Source of the DNA: Gammaproteobacteria bacterium | GTDB taxonomy: Bacteria; Pseudomonadota; Gammaproteobacteria; SZUA-229 | NCBI GenBank assembly: GCA_029881795.1 | Contig: JAOULX010000011.1 | Location: 41,083 to 105,082, forward strand | DNA length: 64,000 bases | Direction of reading: 5' to 3' | Shown here: positions 61,101-64,000 of the stretch, in pieces | How positions within the stretch are numbered: the first letter of the stretch is position 1 | Layout: the number at the start of each line of letters is the position of its first letter | Translations under genes and position numbers: made by a program | Notes under the pieces: generated by a model | Database searches by the model: none | Told to the model about the DNA's origin: nothing | Seen by the model: the letters and a program-made list of their open reading frames with translations, nothing else

Positions 61101-61253
61101 AATATCCCGGTGATAGCCATCAGTGCCAATGCAATGCCATCTGATATAGACAAGGGGCTTGATGCTGGTTTTGATGACTATATCACCAAACCCATTAATG
61201 TAGTGGCGCTGATCAATGCAGTGGATGCAAAATTGGGCCTGACCAGCAAGTAA
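58149..61253 (+). CDS. Multi-domain hybrid sensor kinase: N-terminal HPt-like, REC, REC, PAS, PAS, HisKA-HATPase, C-terminal REC (cytoplasmic)
   Basis: 1034 aa. Domains present: HPt-like HDLHRLIHSLAGSGG; two receivers; PAS repeats; H-box HELRTPLNAI; G-boxes; C-terminal receiver. Confidence 0.8.
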   Translation: MSKSNESEIVDQLWALQQVFCQQLPRKIDEMHYLWSDISAAPANNITKSHDLHRLIHSLAGSGGTFGAMGVSAAARALEQQLKASIESSQFNNSRLETLMLELEQAVSAWQPSRVPFIKQNPAQKHSSGNLIYLAEDDELLAADLQLKLERAGYRVRHFIALDSFAAAYHEQMPDAIIMDIVFEESELTGAEIISGLLDKTGFTPPVVFISVHEDISARLIAAQAGARRYFTKPLDVSKLIATLDGLTSRRQTEAYKVLIIDDDETLLKYYQTILLDAGMEVKACSQPLLALDLLNEFKPDITVLDVYMSGCSGPELAQVIRQDDDWALMPIMFLSTESDLDIQLAALNLGGDDFLVKPVTASHLVSAIVARAKRARWSRRMNTDLQEALRESKYQLVTMDQHDIVSTTDINGQITSVNQRFCDISGYSREELLGQNHNLLKSGRHSKAFYQDLWATISQGEIWHGTLCNRSKEGNEYWVESTIVPFLDDKGMPYKYVSARTDITVLRNSEERLSRSQEFAKMGTWDWDIQTNELYWSDLIWPLFGYEKASTATTYDNFLAALHPDDRQRVADAVTDCIENRVDYNIEHRVIWSDGSEHWLQESGDVVRSDDGKPLHMLGVVQDITERKKTEHELMMARQSAEEANRAKSQFLSSMSHELRTPLNAIIGFSQLMKLDSANPLTAIQEDNVHEIVTAGEHLLQLINEVLDLSKIETGHIELTLETVVLADIIAESMQLISPLAEKRQIDICLSRDGVDISFDQLLQQNSTARADRTRLKQVLLNLLSNAVKYNQEKGKVTIACQHMSNQMTRISITDTGVGLTTEQQQKLFTPFERIGAEHSAIEGTGIGLVITKNIIEIMGGNIGVYSQQGSGSTFWFELPSAPEFSQQQKATADSSAAPAFSDKTKKHDYTVLYIEDNPANLRLVSQSLGYSKKIYMWSAHEPLLGLELALEHKPNLILLDINLPGMDGFEVLKRLRQNQLTANIPVIAISANAMPSDIDKGLDAGFDDYITKPINVVALINAVDAKLGLTSK

Positions 61254-61333
61254 AACAGATGATATTAACAATAATGTCAGAGTGAGAAAGCGAGTCGGTA
61301 AAATGACAAAGAAAACAGGAGACAGAAGGTTAA

Positions 61334-61726
61334 ATGACTGAACTAGCACGAATTTTATATGTTGAAGATCAGCCTGATATTCGAGCCGTTACAAAAGTTG
61401 CATTAGAAAAAATTGGCGGTTTTGAATTGCAAATTTGTAGTGGTGGTGAAGAAGCACTGGCCTCTGCCGAGGCGTTCAATCCACAATTATTTCTGCTTGA
61501 TGTGATGATGCCGGGTATGGATGGTATCGAGACACTGGCGGCATTGCAGCAGCTGCCGGGTATGAAGGAAGTGCCGGTGATATTTATGACAGCCAAAGTA
61601 CAGACTAATGAGGTTGCTGAATATATGGCTTTAGGCGCTATTGATGTTATTTATAAGCCGTTTGATCCAATGGCAATTTCTGAGCAGATTAAATCCGCCT
61701 GGCAACAATTTAACGCTGAGTCCTGA
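61334..61726 (+). CDS. Single-domain response regulator (CheY-like)
   Basis: 130 aa; ILYVEDQPDI...LFLLDVMMPGMDG...KP. Confidence 0.8.
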   Translation: MTELARILYVEDQPDIRAVTKVALEKIGGFELQICSGGEEALASAEAFNPQLFLLDVMMPGMDGIETLAALQQLPGMKEVPVIFMTAKVQTNEVAEYMALGAIDVIYKPFDPMAISEQIKSAWQQFNAES

Positions 61727-61728
61727 TC

Positions 61729-62631
61729 ATGCTGAGCCGGATACCTGCGTTGTTGATTTTGCTGGCATTGACGGTGAGTGCTGAACTACAAGCGCGGGAC
61801 TATAAAGTAGCGGTGCGTGCTCATCATGGAATAGAGAGTGCTTTTGCTGCCTGGCAGGCTACGGTTGATGAACTGAATAAAAACATAGTTGAACATACAT
61901 TTACGCTGGTGCCGATTGTTAGTCTTCCTGAAATCACAGAGAAAGGTGGGCAGGGGCAGTTTGATTTTGTGCTGACGAATCCGTCATCTTTTGTTGAGTT
62001 GGAGCAGTTATATCAGGCCAGAGCGCTGCTGACATTAAACAATAAACGCGCTAACACATCACAAACCCGCTTTGGTTCGGTGATTTTTACTCACGCCCTC
62101 AATAAAGATATTTTAAAAATAGACGATTTAGCAGGAAAAAAACTGATGGCCGTATCCGAATCCGCTTTTGGTGGCTGGCGCGTGGCATGGTTAGAGTTGC
62201 TTGAGCAGGGCTTTGATCCTTTGCATGAACTGGGTGAACTGAGTTTCGGCGTAACTAAAACACAGACCGAAGTGGTTTTTTCTGTACTTAAGCAAAAAGT
62301 AGATGCCGGTGTGGTGCGTACAGATCAGCTCGAGCGTATGGAGGCCGCCGGCAAAATTGATATGCGATACCTTCGTATTATCAATAATAAAGACATCAAA
62401 GGTTTTCCGTTTTTTCTTAGCACGAAATTGTTCCCTGAGTGGTGTTTTGCGGCTATGAAAGAGATTCCCGACAAGGTTTCAGACCAGGTAGTGAAAACAT
62501 TATTGGCAATTAAGCCGGATCAAGGTGCAGCCCGCAGTGGTAAATACACGGGTTGGGTTAAGGCACTGGATTACACTCCGGTCAGGGAGTTGTTACGTGA
62601 CTTGAAAGTGGAGCCTTATCACACTCAATAA
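61729..62631 (+). CDS. Periplasmic PhnD/SsuA-like substrate-binding protein (sensor partner type)
   Basis: 300 aa, signal peptide, SBP type-2 fold; translationally coupled to CheY gene; no ABC permease/ATPase nearby. Confidence 0.55.
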   Translation: MLSRIPALLILLALTVSAELQARDYKVAVRAHHGIESAFAAWQATVDELNKNIVEHTFTLVPIVSLPEITEKGGQGQFDFVLTNPSSFVELEQLYQARALLTLNNKRANTSQTRFGSVIFTHALNKDILKIDDLAGKKLMAVSESAFGGWRVAWLELLEQGFDPLHELGELSFGVTKTQTEVVFSVLKQKVDAGVVRTDQLERMEAAGKIDMRYLRIINNKDIKGFPFFLSTKLFPEWCFAAMKEIPDKVSDQVVKTLLAIKPDQGAARSGKYTGWVKALDYTPVRELLRDLKVEPYHTQ

Positions 62632-62674
62632 TCGCGTTGTGATGATTTTTAAAGAGAAAAGAAACAAAGAATTT

Positions 62675-64000
62675 ATGATGAGACTTTCAATTGTTCATAA
62701 AATCAGTCTAGGCGCGATTTTTCTGGTGTTATTGAGTGCCGGAATGGTAGGCGGACTGTTTTATTCCAAAACCACAGAGTTGTTGGTGCAGGAGACGCTG
62801 CAAGGTATTTCAAAAGAAATTCATACCGTCTCTAGTCGCTTATTAGCGCACATTGAGGCGCAGCAGGAAGATGTCATCTTTCTGGCTAATACACCGCCTG
62901 TTCAGGGTATGCTAAGGGCCCTGAAAAACAGCAATTATGACAGGCTTGGTAAATCGACATATCAACAGTGGGTAGTGCGACAGCAGTCTATTTTTAAAAC
63001 CTTGCTGGCCAGCAAGCCTAATTATCTGAAGCTACGGTTGATCGACAAACACGGACAGGAACGGGTAGTGGTCGGCCGTGATGGTGATAAAGTAGAAATC
63101 ATCAGAAGTGATTTGCTGCAAAATAAGGCACCTCGACTGTACTTCAAAAAAGCGCTTGTCCTGTCTGCAGGACAAGTCTATCTGTCTGAGATAAACCTCA
63201 ATAAAGAGTATGGCAAGGTCAGTCTGCCGCACAGTGAGGTGTTGAGAACGTCTACTCCGATATACGATGAGTCCAGTGGCGAGTTTGCCGGCGTATTGCT
63301 GATTACTGCAGAAATAGGGAATCATCTGAGGAAATTAGAGGCTAACTTTCAGGATGCAAACCGCAATATTTATATTACTAACGATCATGGTGGCTACTTA
63401 CTGCATCACGATGCAAGTAAAACTTATGGCTTTGATCTGGGCAAACGCTATCGCATTCAGGAGGATATCCCGCAAATAGCACACATGTTTTTGCCTGATA
63501 ATAAGCAAAATGATTTTGTACTGTTGCCGACCGATACGAATGATAAAAAAGTGGTTAACTTTACCAAGCTGGCGTTTGATTCAAACCAGCCGGAACGTTT
63601 TATTGCCGTCGGAATCGTGCAGAACTACAGTGCGATTCTGGCGCAACAAGCTGGCGTATTAAATGATGTCATGTTGTTGGCTCTGCTGTTGGTTGTGGTA
63701 CTAACCTTGCTCGGTGTTGCTTATGCCAATCGTTTGTCAGCACCGCTTAAACAATTAACACAAATCATGGGTGACTATAGTCATCAGCGTACCAGCAAAG
63801 TAGACATGCCCGTTAACCGCAAAGATGAAATAGGCGTGTTGGTTAAAACGTATCAGCAATTGATGGCGCAGGTGGAAGAATATCAGCAAAATCTGGAAGT
63901 TAAAATCAGTGAACGCACGCATGAATTAAAAGCCAGTGAGATACGTCAGCGTACCGTCCTTGAAACAGTTGCTGATGCCATTATTACGATTGATAGAAAT
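62675..64000 (+). CDS. Sensor protein with periplasmic Cache-like domain, HAMP/coiled coil and PAS; 3' end beyond window
   Basis: Open frame from ATG 62675 to window end (manual translation). Two TM helices flank a periplasmic domain of about 270 aa. Confidence 0.6.
   Translation, partial: MMRLSIVHKISLGAIFLVLLSAGMVGGLFYSKTTELLVQETLQGISKEIHTVSSRLLAHIEAQQEDVIFLANTPPVQGMLRALKNSNYDRLGKSTYQQWVVRQQSIFKTLLASKPNYLKLRLIDKHGQERVVVGRDGDKVEIIRSDLLQNKAPRLYFKKALVLSAGQVYLSEINLNKEYGKVSLPHSEVLRTSTPIYDESSGEFAGVLLITAEIGNHLRKLEANFQDANRNIYITNDHGGYLLHHDASKTYGFDLGKRYRIQEDIPQIAHMFLPDNKQNDFVLLPTDTNDKKVVNFTKLAFDSNQPERFIAVGIVQNYSAILAQQAGVLNDVMLLALLLVVVLTLLGVAYANRLSAPLKQLTQIMGDYSHQRTSKVDMPVNRKDEIGVLVKTYQQLMAQVEEYQQNLEVKISERTHELKASEIRQRTVLETVADAIITIDRN

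Overview
This 64-kb window is from a gammaproteobacterial chromosome with moderate GC (about 45%). The order ftsY, M16 proteases, rsmD, coaD, fdx and the rpsU/tsaD divergon resemble Pseudomonadales or Oceanospirillales-type genomes. I recognised no tRNA, rRNA, CRISPR array, transposase, integrase or phage genes.

Gene content in order:
- a 5'-truncated giant cadherin/LVIVD-repeat adhesin
- hemE, yqeY, rpsU, divergent from tsaD
- an expanded tsaD-plsY interval holding: an ORF-less hairpin-rich repeat element (copy A, about 0.8 kb); a hybrid sensor kinase with a periplasmic solute-binding-type sensor; a diverged partial duplicate of plsY-bioH fused through a 5-bp microhomology to a near-identical duplicate of the tsaD 3' end; and an AT-rich islet with a beta-barrel OMP and psiE
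- intact plsY, then bioH-bioC
- a complete cbb3 oxidase locus ccoNOQP plus ccoG/FixH-like/ccoI/ccoS and a trailing micro-ORF
- an FHA protein plus a small Cys4 protein
- rpoH, a pseudo-receiver REC-REC gene, then ftsX-ftsE
- a second, rearranged copy (B) of the repeat element between ftsE and ftsY, then ftsY
- an MCP lacking a periplasmic sensor, two M16 peptidases, rsmD-coaD-fdx, ggt, murI
- a GnnA/GnnB (WbpB/WbpE)-like pair, an OMP, HDOD-GGDEF, a zinc-ribbon protein
- a frameshifted 2-Cys peroxiredoxin, an LpxL-family acyltransferase, ycgL, hemL-thiE-thiD
- a rubredoxin missed by the ORF track, a class II aldolase, a MATE transporter, a Cache-PAS-GGDEF sensor, a pentapeptide protein, a 2-hydroxyacid dehydrogenase, yjbQ
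- a multi-component phosphorelay cluster running off the window end (Hpt-REC-REC-PAS-PAS-HK-REC kinase, CheY, PhnD-like SBP, Cache sensor)

The most unusual signals are the two differently arranged copies of a structured non-coding element whose hairpins carry compensatory stem substitutions, both at operon-disrupting positions, and the mosaic duplication at the tsaD-plsY junction.
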